Source: Rariglobus sp.
GTDB taxonomy: Bacteria > Verrucomicrobiota > Verrucomicrobiia > Opitutales > Opitutaceae
Length of the DNA: 64,000 bases
Direction: 5' to 3'
NCBI GenBank assembly: GCA_029266495.1
Contig: JAQSWS010000032.1
Location: forward strand, 1,089-65,088
Numbering within the stretch: the first letter of the stretch is position 1; every line of letters starts with the position of its first letter. Made by a program: the position numbers and the translations under genes. This document shows positions 16,009 to 24,852 of the stretch, piece by piece. The notes under the pieces were generated by a model that was given only the letters and a program-made list of their open reading frames with translations, had not been told where the DNA came from and did no database searches.

Positions 16009-17537
16009 TTCGGCCCCTCCACCTGCGGACGCGGAAAGAGGATCGCCGTCTCGGCGACCTTCGAACCGGTGAGGCGGCCGCCCCAGACGAGTTCGTCCTT
16101 CCACGCCGCGCCGGCGGTGTAGCCGAGCACGCCATGGATTTTAGCGGTCGTGTCGGGCATCACCGCGGGCAGCAGCGACACACCGAGACGCAATGCCTCG
16201 GCGATCGTCGCGAGTGTCGTGCGCAACAACGCCTGATCGCGCGCCTCGGTCGACTTGGCCAGCGTCCACGGCGTGCGTTGCTGAATGTAGGTGTTGGTCG
16301 CGGTGATGAACGCGAACGTGCGCTCCAGCGCGATGTGGAACTGGAAGCCTTCGTGCAAGGCGATCACCTCGTCGCGGGTTTTCGCCCAGAGCGCCTGCAA
16401 GTCCTGCTCGGGCTGCTCGGAGATCTCGGCGGCTGGCAGCACGCCACCGGCAAACCGGGTGGTCATGTTGAGCACGCGGTTGACGAGGTTGCCCAGATTG
16501 TTGGCGAGTTCGCTGTTGTAGCGGGCAAGAAATTGCGCGAGCGAGAAGTCGCTGTCCTGCCCCACGCTCATCTCGCGAATCATGAAGTAGCGCAGCGCAT
16601 CGACCCCGTATTTGTCGGCAAACTCGCCGGCATCGACAAAGTTGCCCGTGCTCTTGGACATTTTGCTGCCATTGATCGACCACCAGCCGTGGGCGAGAAT
16701 CGACTTCGGCGGCTCGATGCCCGCGGCCTTGAGCATGATCGGCCAGTAAACGGCGTGCGGAGGCACCAGGATGTCCTTGCCGATGACATGAAAATCGGCG
16801 GGCCAGAACTCGGGCTTGTCCACCACCGCCGTGTAATAATTCACCAGCGCGTCGAACCAGACGTAGGTGACAAAGTCCTCGTCGAACGGAAGCGTGATAC
16901 CCCACTCGAGCCGGTCCTTTGGACGCGAAATGCACAGGTCATTGAGCGGCTCCGAAAGGAATTCGAGCACCTGCTTCTGGCGATACCGCGGGAAAACGAA
17001 GTTCTCGTTGGTTTTGAGATGATCAACCAGCCACTCCTGATACTGGCGCAGCTTGAAAAAGTAATTCGACTCCGTGATCTCGGTGACCTCGCCAAAAAGC
17101 TCCGGCCAGGAACCGTCGGGATTGCGGTCCTTGTCCTGAAGGAACTGCTCCTGGCGTGTGGAGTAGAAACCTTTGTATTCGGCCTTGTAGATCTCGCCTT
17201 TTTCGAAGAGCTGCTGGAGCAGCTGGCGGACAACCTTCTTGTGTCGCTCCTCGGTGGTGCGAATGAAGTCGTTATTGGAGATGTTGAGCTTTTTGCAGAG
17301 CGCGCGGAACTCCTCGGAGACCTCATCGCAAAACTGCTGGGGGGGGATGCCGCGCTTTTTGGCGCTTTGTTGCACCTTCTGGCCGTGCTCATCGACGCCG
17401 GTAAGGAAATAAACATTGTCCCCCATCAACCGCCGGAACCGGGCAATGACGTCCGTCAGCACCTTTTCGTAGGCATGGCCTAGGTGTGGCGAACCGTTCA
17501 CGTAGTCGATGGCGGTCGTGATGTAGAAGTTCTTCAT
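16002..17537 (-). CDS. metG: Methionine--tRNA ligase (short form)
   Basis: FYITTAIDYVNGSPHLGH (HIGH), YVWFDAL, KMSKS. Confidence 0.96.
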   Translation of the reverse strand: MKNFYITTAIDYVNGSPHLGHAYEKVLTDVIARFRRLMGDNVYFLTGVDEHGQKVQQSAKKRGIPPQQFCDEVSEEFRALCKKLNISNNDFIRTTEERHKKVVRQLLQQLFEKGEIYKAEYKGFYSTRQEQFLQDKDRNPDGSWPELFGEVTEITESNYFFKLRQYQEWLVDHLKTNENFVFPRYRQKQVLEFLSEPLNDLCISRPKDRLEWGITLPFDEDFVTYVWFDALVNYYTAVVDKPEFWPADFHVIGKDILVPPHAVYWPIMLKAAGIEPPKSILAHGWWSINGSKMSKSTGNFVDAGEFADKYGVDALRYFMIREMSVGQDSDFSLAQFLARYNSELANNLGNLVNRVLNMTTRFAGGVLPAAEISEQPEQDLQALWAKTRDEVIALHEGFQFHIALERTFAFITATNTYIQQRTPWTLAKSTEARDQALLRTTLATIAEALRLGVSLLPAVMPDTTAKIHGVLGYTAGAAWKDELVWGGRLTGSKVAETAILFPRPQVEGPKS

Positions 17538-17708
17538 GGGCGGGAGGGCGAACAGAAAGCACGTCCTATCAAATGTCGAAGATTTTGCTGCCCCGCTCCG
17601 CCGCCCCCGGGGCTCAATCCTCAAAACCCCGGCACCGCTCCTGATCACCTCCGGAACAATCCAAAGAGTGATTTGCGCAGGCCCTTAAAACTATACTCGG
17701 CAATAAAT

Positions 17709-17753
17709 ATTAGTTGACCCTAATTATTTCGCCATAGATTAGGTGAGCCTAAT
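17709..17753 (+). promoter_or_regulatory. Two tandem DtxR/MntR/SirR-type operator palindromes
   Basis: ATTAGTTGACCCTAAT (17709-17724, overlapping a TTGACC -35-like hexamer) and ATTAGGTGAGCCTAAT (17738-17753) resemble the TTAGGTTAGCCTAA consensus; AT-rich and directly upstream of the metal ABC operon. Confidence 0.75.
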
Positions 17754-17759
17754 ATTTCT

Positions 17760-18674
17760 ATGAACAACAAACTAAGGTATCTCGTTTCACTGCTCGCCGC
17801 AGCATTGGCCCCCGGCCTTTTTCAAACCTTGCAAGCCGCCTCGGAGCGTCCGCGTGTGCTGACGACCTTCACCATTCTGGCCGACATGGCGCGCAATGTC
17901 GCCGGCGAGCATGCCGATGTGGAGTCCCTCACCAAACCGGGGGCCGAGATTCACGGCTACGAACCCACGCCGCGCGACATCGTAAAAACCAAGCGCGCCA
18001 CCCTCGTTCTCTGGAACGGCATGAACCTCGAGCTGTGGTTCGAAAAGTTCTTCACTAACATCAAAGACGTCCCGCAGGCCCTGCTCACCGTAGGCATCGA
18101 ACCGATGGGCATCACCGAGGGCCCCTACACCGGCAAGCCCAACCCCCACGCCTGGATGTCGCCCGCCAACGCGCTCATCTATGTGGAAAACATCCGCGCC
18201 GCCCTCGCCCGCGTCGATCCCGCCAATGCCGCCGCTTACGCCGCCAACGCGACCGCCTATTCCGAAAAAATCCGGGCCCTCGACGCACCCGTCCGCGCCC
18301 AGCTCGCCCGCATTCCCGAGGACCAGCGCTGGCTCGTGACCAGCGAAGGCGCCTTTTCGTATTTGTGCCGCGACTACGGACTCCGCCCGCTCTACCTCTG
18401 GCCGATCAACGCCGACGCCCAGGGCACGCCCCAGCAGGTCCGCCACGTCATCGACCAGGTCCGGAACCACAAAATTCCCGTCGTCTTCAGTGAGAGCACC
18501 GTGAGCGACAAACCCGCCCGTCAGGTCGCCAAGGAGACCGGCGCCCGCTACGGCGGCGTGCTCTATGTCGACTCCCTCACCGATGCAAAAGGCCCCGCCC
18601 CCACCTACCTCGCCCTGCTCGAAACCAACGCCAGCACCATCGTCAACGCCTTCCTCGGTAAATCCGCCAAATGA
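17760..18674 (+). CDS. Mn/Fe/Zn ABC transporter substrate-binding protein (SitA/YfeA/TroA cluster)
   Basis: GAEIHGYEPTP, NPHAWMSP, TSEGAFSY, FSESTVS, LYVDSL. Confidence 0.93.
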   Translation: MNNKLRYLVSLLAAALAPGLFQTLQAASERPRVLTTFTILADMARNVAGEHADVESLTKPGAEIHGYEPTPRDIVKTKRATLVLWNGMNLELWFEKFFTNIKDVPQALLTVGIEPMGITEGPYTGKPNPHAWMSPANALIYVENIRAALARVDPANAAAYAANATAYSEKIRALDAPVRAQLARIPEDQRWLVTSEGAFSYLCRDYGLRPLYLWPINADAQGTPQQVRHVIDQVRNHKIPVVFSESTVSDKPARQVAKETGARYGGVLYVDSLTDAKGPAPTYLALLETNASTIVNAFLGKSAK

Positions 18675-19504
18675 AACGCATCTTTCTTCCCGCCCTCCTG
18701 TCCGTCTCTGCCTCCGTCGCCATGGCCCAGACCGACAAATCCGCCTACACGCTCTTCAATCCGACGCCACGCGACCAGATGCGTGAACTCAGCACCGACC
18801 GCCCCGACCAGACCGAAAGCCCCTACAGCGTCGACGCCGGGCACTGGCAGATCGAGTTCGACTTCGCCAACTACACCTACGATCGCGAAGCCGGCGTGCG
18901 CTCCGAGACCTGGAACGTCGCCCCCGTCAACGTGAAGCTCGGTCTGACGAACAGCACCGATGTCCAGTTCGTCTTCGACAGCTACTCCCGCGAACGCGTC
19001 CGCGCCGCCGGCGCCACCACCACGACCCGTGACTGGGGCGACCTGACCATCCGTGTGAAGCACAACTTCTGGGGCAACGACGGTGGCGACACCGCCTTCG
19101 CCGCCATGCCCTTCGTCAAAATCCCCCTTAAGATGGGCGACTCCGGCAACGACCTGGTCGAGGGCGGACTCATTCTCCCGCTGGCCGTCGCCCTCCCCCG
19201 CGGCTGGGGCATGGGCCTGATGACCGAGTTCGACCTGCTCGCCGACGCCACCGGCAACGACCGGCACCTCGAATGGATCAACACGATCACCTTCAGCCAC
19301 GACATCACGTCACGGCTCGGCGGATACGTCGAATTCGTCTCCGCCCATAGCTATGAAGACGGCGCCGACTGGACGGCCCAGGCCGACGTCGGCCTCACCT
19401 ATGCGATCAATGCCGACACCCAGCTCGACGGCGGCTGCAACTTCGGCGTCACTCATAACGCTCCCGACGTGCAGCCTTTCATTGGCCTCACGCTTCGTTA
19501 TTAA
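18671..19504 (+). CDS. Outer-membrane beta-barrel 'transporter' (MetA-pathway/phenol-degradation-like family)
   Basis: Signal peptide, [17 protein letters not shown]-terminal motif, alternating beta-strands, C-terminal aromatic (TLRY); ATGA overlap with the SBP gene. Confidence 0.8.
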   Translation: MKRIFLPALLSVSASVAMAQTDKSAYTLFNPTPRDQMRELSTDRPDQTESPYSVDAGHWQIEFDFANYTYDREAGVRSETWNVAPVNVKLGLTNSTDVQFVFDSYSRERVRAAGATTTTRDWGDLTIRVKHNFWGNDGGDTAFAAMPFVKIPLKMGDSGNDLVEGGLILPLAVALPRGWGMGLMTEFDLLADATGNDRHLEWINTITFSHDITSRLGGYVEFVSAHSYEDGADWTAQADVGLTYAINADTQLDGGCNFGVTHNAPDVQPFIGLTLRY

Positions 19505-19515
19505 TCGCAGACCAC

Positions 19516-20433
19516 ATGACCACGCCCGCCGCCCGCGAACCTCTCACGCTTGAAGCCTCCAGTGTGACGGTGACCTATCCCAACGGTCACACCGCGCTCA
19601 GCGACGCCAGCTTCCGTCTCGAAGGCGGCACCATCTGCGCCCTGGTCGGCGTCAATGGCTCCGGCAAGTCCACGCTCTTCAAGGCCCTGATGGGCTTCGT
19701 CTCACCGTCCCGGGGCCGCGTTGCCATCAACGCGCGCCCCGTTCGCGAGGCGCAGAAACAGAGCTGGGTCGCCTACGTTCCGCAGACCGAGGAGGTCGAC
19801 TGGACGTTCCCCGTCAGCGTGCACGACGTGGTCATGATGGGCCGCTACGGTTACATGAACTTCCTGCGGATCCCCAAGGCGGCCGATCGCACCGCCGTTG
19901 AGGAAAGCCTCCGGCGCGTCGGCATGTGGGACTTCCGCGACCGCCAGATTGGCGAGCTGTCCGGCGGACAAAAAAAACGCATCTTCGTCGCCCGCGCCCT
20001 CGCCCAGAACGGTCGCGTCATCCTTCTGGACGAACCTTTCACCGGCGTGGACGTCAAAACCGAGGAGGCGATCATCACACTGCTCCGTGAACTGCGAGCC
20101 GAAGGCCGCCTGATCCTCGTCTCGACCCACAATCTCGGCTCCGTCCCCGAATTCTGCGATCAGGTCGTGCTCATCAATCGCACCGTGCTCGCCTACGGGC
20201 CGACCGACACGGTCTTCACCGCCGAGAATCTCACCCGGGCCTTCGGCGGCGTGCTCCGGCATTTCGACCTCGATCGCTCCACCGTCAACGACCACGACGG
20301 CCGCCAGGTCATCGTGCTCACCGATGACGAGCGCCCGCTCGTGCTCGGCAAAAAAGGACACCTCGAATACCGCGACCGCACCGGCCGCGAAGAACTCATC
20401 GACGAGCGTGAAAAGGAACAGGACAAGCCATGA
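19516..20433 (+). CDS. Mn/Fe ABC transporter ATP-binding protein (SitB/YfeB-like)
   Basis: [22 protein letters not shown]; C-terminal TDDERPLV typical of YfeB. Confidence 0.93.
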   Translation: MTTPAAREPLTLEASSVTVTYPNGHTALSDASFRLEGGTICALVGVNGSGKSTLFKALMGFVSPSRGRVAINARPVREAQKQSWVAYVPQTEEVDWTFPVSVHDVVMMGRYGYMNFLRIPKAADRTAVEESLRRVGMWDFRDRQIGELSGGQKKRIFVARALAQNGRVILLDEPFTGVDVKTEEAIITLLRELRAEGRLILVSTHNLGSVPEFCDQVVLINRTVLAYGPTDTVFTAENLTRAFGGVLRHFDLDRSTVNDHDGRQVIVLTDDERPLVLGKKGHLEYRDRTGREELIDEREKEQDKP

Positions 20434-21293
20434 CCACCTGGCTCACCCCCTTCCAATACGATTACATGTTCACCGCGATGTGGACATGCACGCTCATCGG
20501 CGGGGTCTGCGGCCTGCTCTCCGGCTTCATCACGCTCAAGGGCTGGTCGCTCATGGGTGATGCGCTCTCCCACGCCATCGTTCCCGGTGTCGCCCTTGCG
20601 TATCTTGCCGGCGTGCCCTTTGCCCTGGGGGCCTTCACCAGCGGCATCCTCGCGGCCGGCGCCATGGCCTTCGTCAAGATGAAGACCCCGGTCCGCGAAG
20701 ACGCCGTGATCGGCATCGTGTTCACCTCGTTCTTCGCCCTCGGCCTCCTGCTCATTTCGCTCTACCCCAGTCGTGTCGACCTCAAGTCGATCATCTTCGG
20801 CAACATCCTCGGCATCGATCAGGCCGATGTAAGACAAGTCGTGATTGTCGCGGCCATTTGCCTGCTCGTCATCGTCCTGAAATGGCGTGACCTGCTCCTC
20901 TTCTGCTTTGATCCCAACCAGGCCCGTGCCCTCGGGTTGCGCGCCGGTTTTCTCCACGTTCTGCTGCTGCTGCTGCTCTCCGCGACCGCGGTTGCCGCAT
21001 TACAGGCGGTTGGCGCGATCCTCGTGATCGCCGTGCTCGTCACACCCGGCGCCACCGCCTACCTGCTGACCGACCGCTTTGGTGTGATGCTGCTCCTTGG
21101 CTCCGCCATTGGCGCGGTCACCTCCTTCATCGGCGCCTACGCCAGCTTCTTCCTCAATGGAGAAACCGGTGGCTGCATCGTGACCCTGCAAACGCTGGTT
21201 TTTCTCACCGCCCTGGTTTTCGCACCCAAGCATGGCTTGCTCGCCGCCCGCCGCGCCCGTGCGCGTGCCTGCCCGGTGGATATTTCGTCATGA
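20430..21293 (+). CDS. Metal ABC transporter permease (SitC/YfeC-like)
   Basis: [25 protein letters not shown]. Confidence 0.93.
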   Translation: MTTWLTPFQYDYMFTAMWTCTLIGGVCGLLSGFITLKGWSLMGDALSHAIVPGVALAYLAGVPFALGAFTSGILAAGAMAFVKMKTPVREDAVIGIVFTSFFALGLLLISLYPSRVDLKSIIFGNILGIDQADVRQVVIVAAICLLVIVLKWRDLLLFCFDPNQARALGLRAGFLHVLLLLLLSATAVAALQAVGAILVIAVLVTPGATAYLLTDRFGVMLLLGSAIGAVTSFIGAYASFFLNGETGGCIVTLQTLVFLTALVFAPKHGLLAARRARARACPVDISS

Positions 21294-22123
21294 TCGACAC
21301 GCTCCTCGAGCCCTTCCAGTTCGACTTCATGCGACAAGCCTTCGCGGTCGGCGCACTCGTGGCGACGGTCGCCGCGGTGTTGTCCTGCTTCCTCGTGCTG
21401 CGCGGCTGGTCGCTGATGGGTGACGCCATTTCACATGCCGTGCTGCCCGGTATCGTCCTCGCCTACATCGCCGGCATCCCGCTCTCGATCGGCGCGTTTG
21501 GCAGCGGGCTTTTCTGCGCCGTCGCCACCGGATGGATCAAAACCAACAGCCGCATCAAGGAGGACACCGTCATGGGCGTGGTCTTCACCGGCATGTTTGC
21601 CATCGGCCTCGTGCTCTTTTCGAAGACGCCGAGCGACCTGCACCTCGACCATATTCTCTTTGGCAACATCCTCGGCATCGAACCCGGCCAGCTCTGGGAA
21701 ACCGGCATCTTGTCGGCCCTGGTCCTCGGCTCGATCCTCGTGTTGCGGCGCGACCTCCTGCTGGTCTGTTTTGATCCGACGCATGCCCACGTCCTGGGCC
21801 GCCCCGTGCGTGTCCTCACCTACGTTCTGCTCATTCTCCTTTCGCTCGCAATCGTGGCCTCGATGAAAGCTGTGGGGCTCATCCTGGTGATCGCCATGTT
21901 GATCACTCCGGGAGCGACCGCCCTGCTGCTGGTCAAACGTTTCGACCGCATGCTCCTGACCGCGGTCACCATCGCCGTCGGCTCATCGGCCACGGGCATC
22001 TACATCAGCTTTTTTCGCGGCGCCTCCCCGGCCGCCTGTGTCGTCCTGGTCCAGGCCCTGGTCTTCGTCGCCACCCTCTGCTTCCGCGGCCTTCGCCAAA
22101 CCGGCTTGTCACTTAATAAGTGA
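21290..22123 (+). CDS. Metal ABC transporter permease (SitD/YfeD-like)
   Basis: [32 protein letters not shown]; the stop codon lies inside a palindrome. Confidence 0.93.
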   Translation: MIDTLLEPFQFDFMRQAFAVGALVATVAAVLSCFLVLRGWSLMGDAISHAVLPGIVLAYIAGIPLSIGAFGSGLFCAVATGWIKTNSRIKEDTVMGVVFTGMFAIGLVLFSKTPSDLHLDHILFGNILGIEPGQLWETGILSALVLGSILVLRRDLLLVCFDPTHAHVLGRPVRVLTYVLLILLSLAIVASMKAVGLILVIAMLITPGATALLLVKRFDRMLLTAVTIAVGSSATGIYISFFRGASPAACVVLVQALVFVATLCFRGLRQTGLSLNK

Positions 22124-22131
22124 CAAACCGG
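22101..22131. repeat. Palindromic element TTGTCACTTAATAAGTGACAA (copy 1)
   Basis: Perfect 21-bp palindrome around a central A, with CCGG flanks; 27/28 identical to 63275-63302. Confidence 0.85.
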
Positions 22132-22188
22132 TTGGGGTATTACTTCCCCCTTGCGAGCCCGCCCGCGGGCTGAACACACTCCGCGCCG

Positions 22189-23883
22189 ATGTCGCAGTCG
22201 TTTGCCCGTATTGTGTTTGGACTCACGGCGGTTTTCTTCGCCGCGTTTTTTCTCTGGCCTATTTTCCAGATTCTCAAGGGCGGCTTCATCGACGCCGACG
22301 GCAACGCCACGCTCGAATACGTCGTCGCGCTCCTCTCCGATCCGATCTACCTCGGCGGCATCGGCAACTCGTTCCTGCTCGCCTGCGCCAGCACCACGAT
22401 GGCCTTTCTGATCGCGCTGCCACTCGCCTTCATCACCGATCGTTTTCTTTTTCCCGGCAAGGGACTCCTCAGCTCCCTCGTGCTGATCCCGATGATCCTC
22501 CCCCCCTTCGTCGGAGCGATCGGCATCAAACAAATCTTCGGCCAATACGGCGCGCTCAACGCCTTGCTCATCGATCTTGGGGTGCGCCCCGAGGGCTGGA
22601 CCCACGACTGGTTCGCGGCGAGTCCCTTCTGGGGCATCGCCCTGGTCAACGCCCTCTCGCTCTATCCGATCATCTATCTCAACGCCGCCGCCGCCCTCGC
22701 CAACGTCGATCCGGCCATGGAGGAAGCCGCGGAAAACCTCGGCTGCACTGGCTTCCGCCGCTTCTTTAAAATCACGCTTCCGCTGATCAGAAGCGGACTC
22801 TTCGCCGGTGGAACCATCGTTTTCATCTGGGCGTTCACCGAACTGGGCGTGCCGCTCATCTTCGATTATCCGCGCGTCATTGCGGTGCAGATTTTCTACG
22901 GGTTGAAAGACATCGGCGGCAACCCCGCGCCCTACGCACTGGTCGCCATCATGCTCTTCAGCACCGTGCTGCTCTACGCGATCGGCAAGGGTCTTTTCGG
23001 TCGCCAGACCCATGCGATGATGGCCAAGGCCACCAGCTCGGGCGGACCCCGCGCCCTGCCCCTCTCGCGCGCCTGGCTTTGCACCGCGGCCTTCGCCGGC
23101 GTGACGTTCCTCGCCGTGCTTCCGCACATCGGCGTGGTGCTCGTGGCGTTTTCAAGCGACTGGTATGCGAGTGTCCTCCCCCGGAACTTCACGCTGGAAA
23201 ACTTCCAGCTCGCGCTCGGTCACAACCTCACGGTCCCGGCCATCGCCAACTCGCTCAAATTCGCCAGCATCTCGACCATCGTCGACGTGTTCCTGGGCAT
23301 CGCGATCGCCTATGTCGTGGTGCGCTCAAAGATCCCCGGCCGCCAGGTGCTCGACTTCCTCGCGATGATGCCGCTCGCCGTTCCCGGTCTCGTGCTGGCC
23401 TTCGGCTACCTTGCGATGAGCCAGGAGGGGAAATTCTTTTCCTTCATCAATCCCGTCCGCGACCCCACGATCCTCCTCATCATCGCCTACTCCGTGCGCC
23501 GGCTGCCCTACGTGGTGCGTTCCGCCGCAGCGGGCTTCCAGCAGACGAGTGAAACTCTTGAGGAAGCCGCGCAAAACCTTGGCTGCCCTCCCGTCAAGGC
23601 GACCTTCAAAATCACGCTCCCGCTCATCGCCGCCAATCTCATCGCCGGTGGCCTGCTCGCGTTTTCCTTCGCGATGCTTGAGGTGAGCGACTCGCTCGTG
23701 CTCGCGCAAAAACAGGCGTTTTACCCGATCACCAAGGCGATCCTCGAACTCTTCCAGCTTCTCGGCGATGGCAAGTTCATCGCCAGCGCCCTCGGGGTGT
23801 GGGCAATGGTCTTCCTCGGCGTAACCATCGTGGGCATGAGCTTGCTGCTCGGCAAAAAACTGGGCGCAATCTTCCGCGTCTAA
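22189..23883 (+). CDS. Fe(III)-type ABC transporter permease (FbpB-like, duplicated TM domains)
   Basis: Two EAA loops (MEEAAENLGC; LEEAAQNLGC), PPFVGA, LAVPGLVLA. Confidence 0.88.
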   Translation: MSQSFARIVFGLTAVFFAAFFLWPIFQILKGGFIDADGNATLEYVVALLSDPIYLGGIGNSFLLACASTTMAFLIALPLAFITDRFLFPGKGLLSSLVLIPMILPPFVGAIGIKQIFGQYGALNALLIDLGVRPEGWTHDWFAASPFWGIALVNALSLYPIIYLNAAAALANVDPAMEEAAENLGCTGFRRFFKITLPLIRSGLFAGGTIVFIWAFTELGVPLIFDYPRVIAVQIFYGLKDIGGNPAPYALVAIMLFSTVLLYAIGKGLFGRQTHAMMAKATSSGGPRALPLSRAWLCTAAFAGVTFLAVLPHIGVVLVAFSSDWYASVLPRNFTLENFQLALGHNLTVPAIANSLKFASISTIVDVFLGIAIAYVVVRSKIPGRQVLDFLAMMPLAVPGLVLAFGYLAMSQEGKFFSFINPVRDPTILLIIAYSVRRLPYVVRSAAAGFQQTSETLEEAAQNLGCPPVKATFKITLPLIAANLIAGGLLAFSFAMLEVSDSLVLAQKQAFYPITKAILELFQLLGDGKFIASALGVWAMVFLGVTIVGMSLLLGKKLGAIFRV

Positions 23884-23932
23884 GGCACGTTTTCCGGCTC
23901 CGCCTCCGTCACCGCCTCCGTCCGCACCGTTC

Positions 23933-24805
23933 ATGATCCCTCTTATTTTTGTCTCTCTGCTTTGGGCATTCTCATTCGGCCTGATCAAGGGACAACTCGC
24001 CGGGCTCGACCCGGTCGCCATCAGTGTGCTGCGTCTCGCTTTTGCGGCTCTCGTTTTCCTGCCCTTTCTGCGCCCGCGCGCGTTGCCACGGCGTGACGTG
24101 ATCACCCTGGCCGTGATTGGTGCGATTCAATTTGGCGTGATGTATATGCTCTACACCGCCGCGTATGTGCACCTCAAAGCCCATGAGATCGCCCTCGCGA
24201 CGATCCTCACCCCGGTCTACGTCGCCCTTTTTGACGCCGCGGTGGAAAACCGCACGCGCTGGCGGCACATGATCGCCGCCGCGCTCGCCGTGATCGGCGC
24301 CGGCGTGCTCATCTGGCACAAGCGCACCAGCGACACGATCCTCACGGGTTTTCTCATCGTGCAGGGCGCCAACCTCTGCTTCGCCGCAGGCCAGGTTGCC
24401 TACAAACGCATCCGTCCCGTGTTTCCGAAGGATGTGGCCGATGCCCGCATCTTTTTCTGGCCCTGCCTGGGCGCGCTCGCCGCCACATCGATCACGTCAT
24501 TCTTCTTCACCGACTGGCTCGCGTTCCGGCCCTCGGCTTCGCAATGGGGCGTGCTCGCCTATCTCGGCGCACTGGCATCCGGCCTCGGTTTCTTCCTGTG
24601 GAACTATGGCGCGACACGGGTGAACACCGGCACGCTCGCCGCCTTCAACAATGCCAAGGTGCCGCTTGGAGTCGTTTGCTCCGTGATCTTTTTCCGCGAG
24701 ACACCGCAAAGCGTCCCGCGCCTGCTCATCAGCCTCGCGTTGCTCGCCCTTGCGGTGGCCATTGCCGAGTGGACGCCCGCGTCCGCAAAAAAGGCGGACC
24801 GGTGA
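23933..24805 (+). CDS. EamA/DMT family transporter
   Basis: VSLLWAFSFGLIKGQL; ten TM segments in two repeats. Confidence 0.85.
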   Translation: MIPLIFVSLLWAFSFGLIKGQLAGLDPVAISVLRLAFAALVFLPFLRPRALPRRDVITLAVIGAIQFGVMYMLYTAAYVHLKAHEIALATILTPVYVALFDAAVENRTRWRHMIAAALAVIGAGVLIWHKRTSDTILTGFLIVQGANLCFAAGQVAYKRIRPVFPKDVADARIFFWPCLGALAATSITSFFFTDWLAFRPSASQWGVLAYLGALASGLGFFLWNYGATRVNTGTLAAFNNAKVPLGVVCSVIFFRETPQSVPRLLISLALLALAVAIAEWTPASAKKADR

Positions 24806-24852
24806 AGGTCCGCCTCGGAGGGTGATCGGCGCGCCGGCCGGCGAAGCCTGGC

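Noticed and set aside
17538-17708. T-box/SAM riboswitch for metG or yybP-ykoY Mn riboswitch for the ABC operon
   Set aside because: No conserved riboswitch motifs or terminator/antiterminator were recognisable; the DtxR-type boxes explain regulation better.
22101-22131. dif/Xer site or integron attC interpretation of the palindrome
   Set aside because: No resemblance to the XerC/XerD arms or the RYYYAAC...GTTRRRY cores; one copy is inside a coding region.
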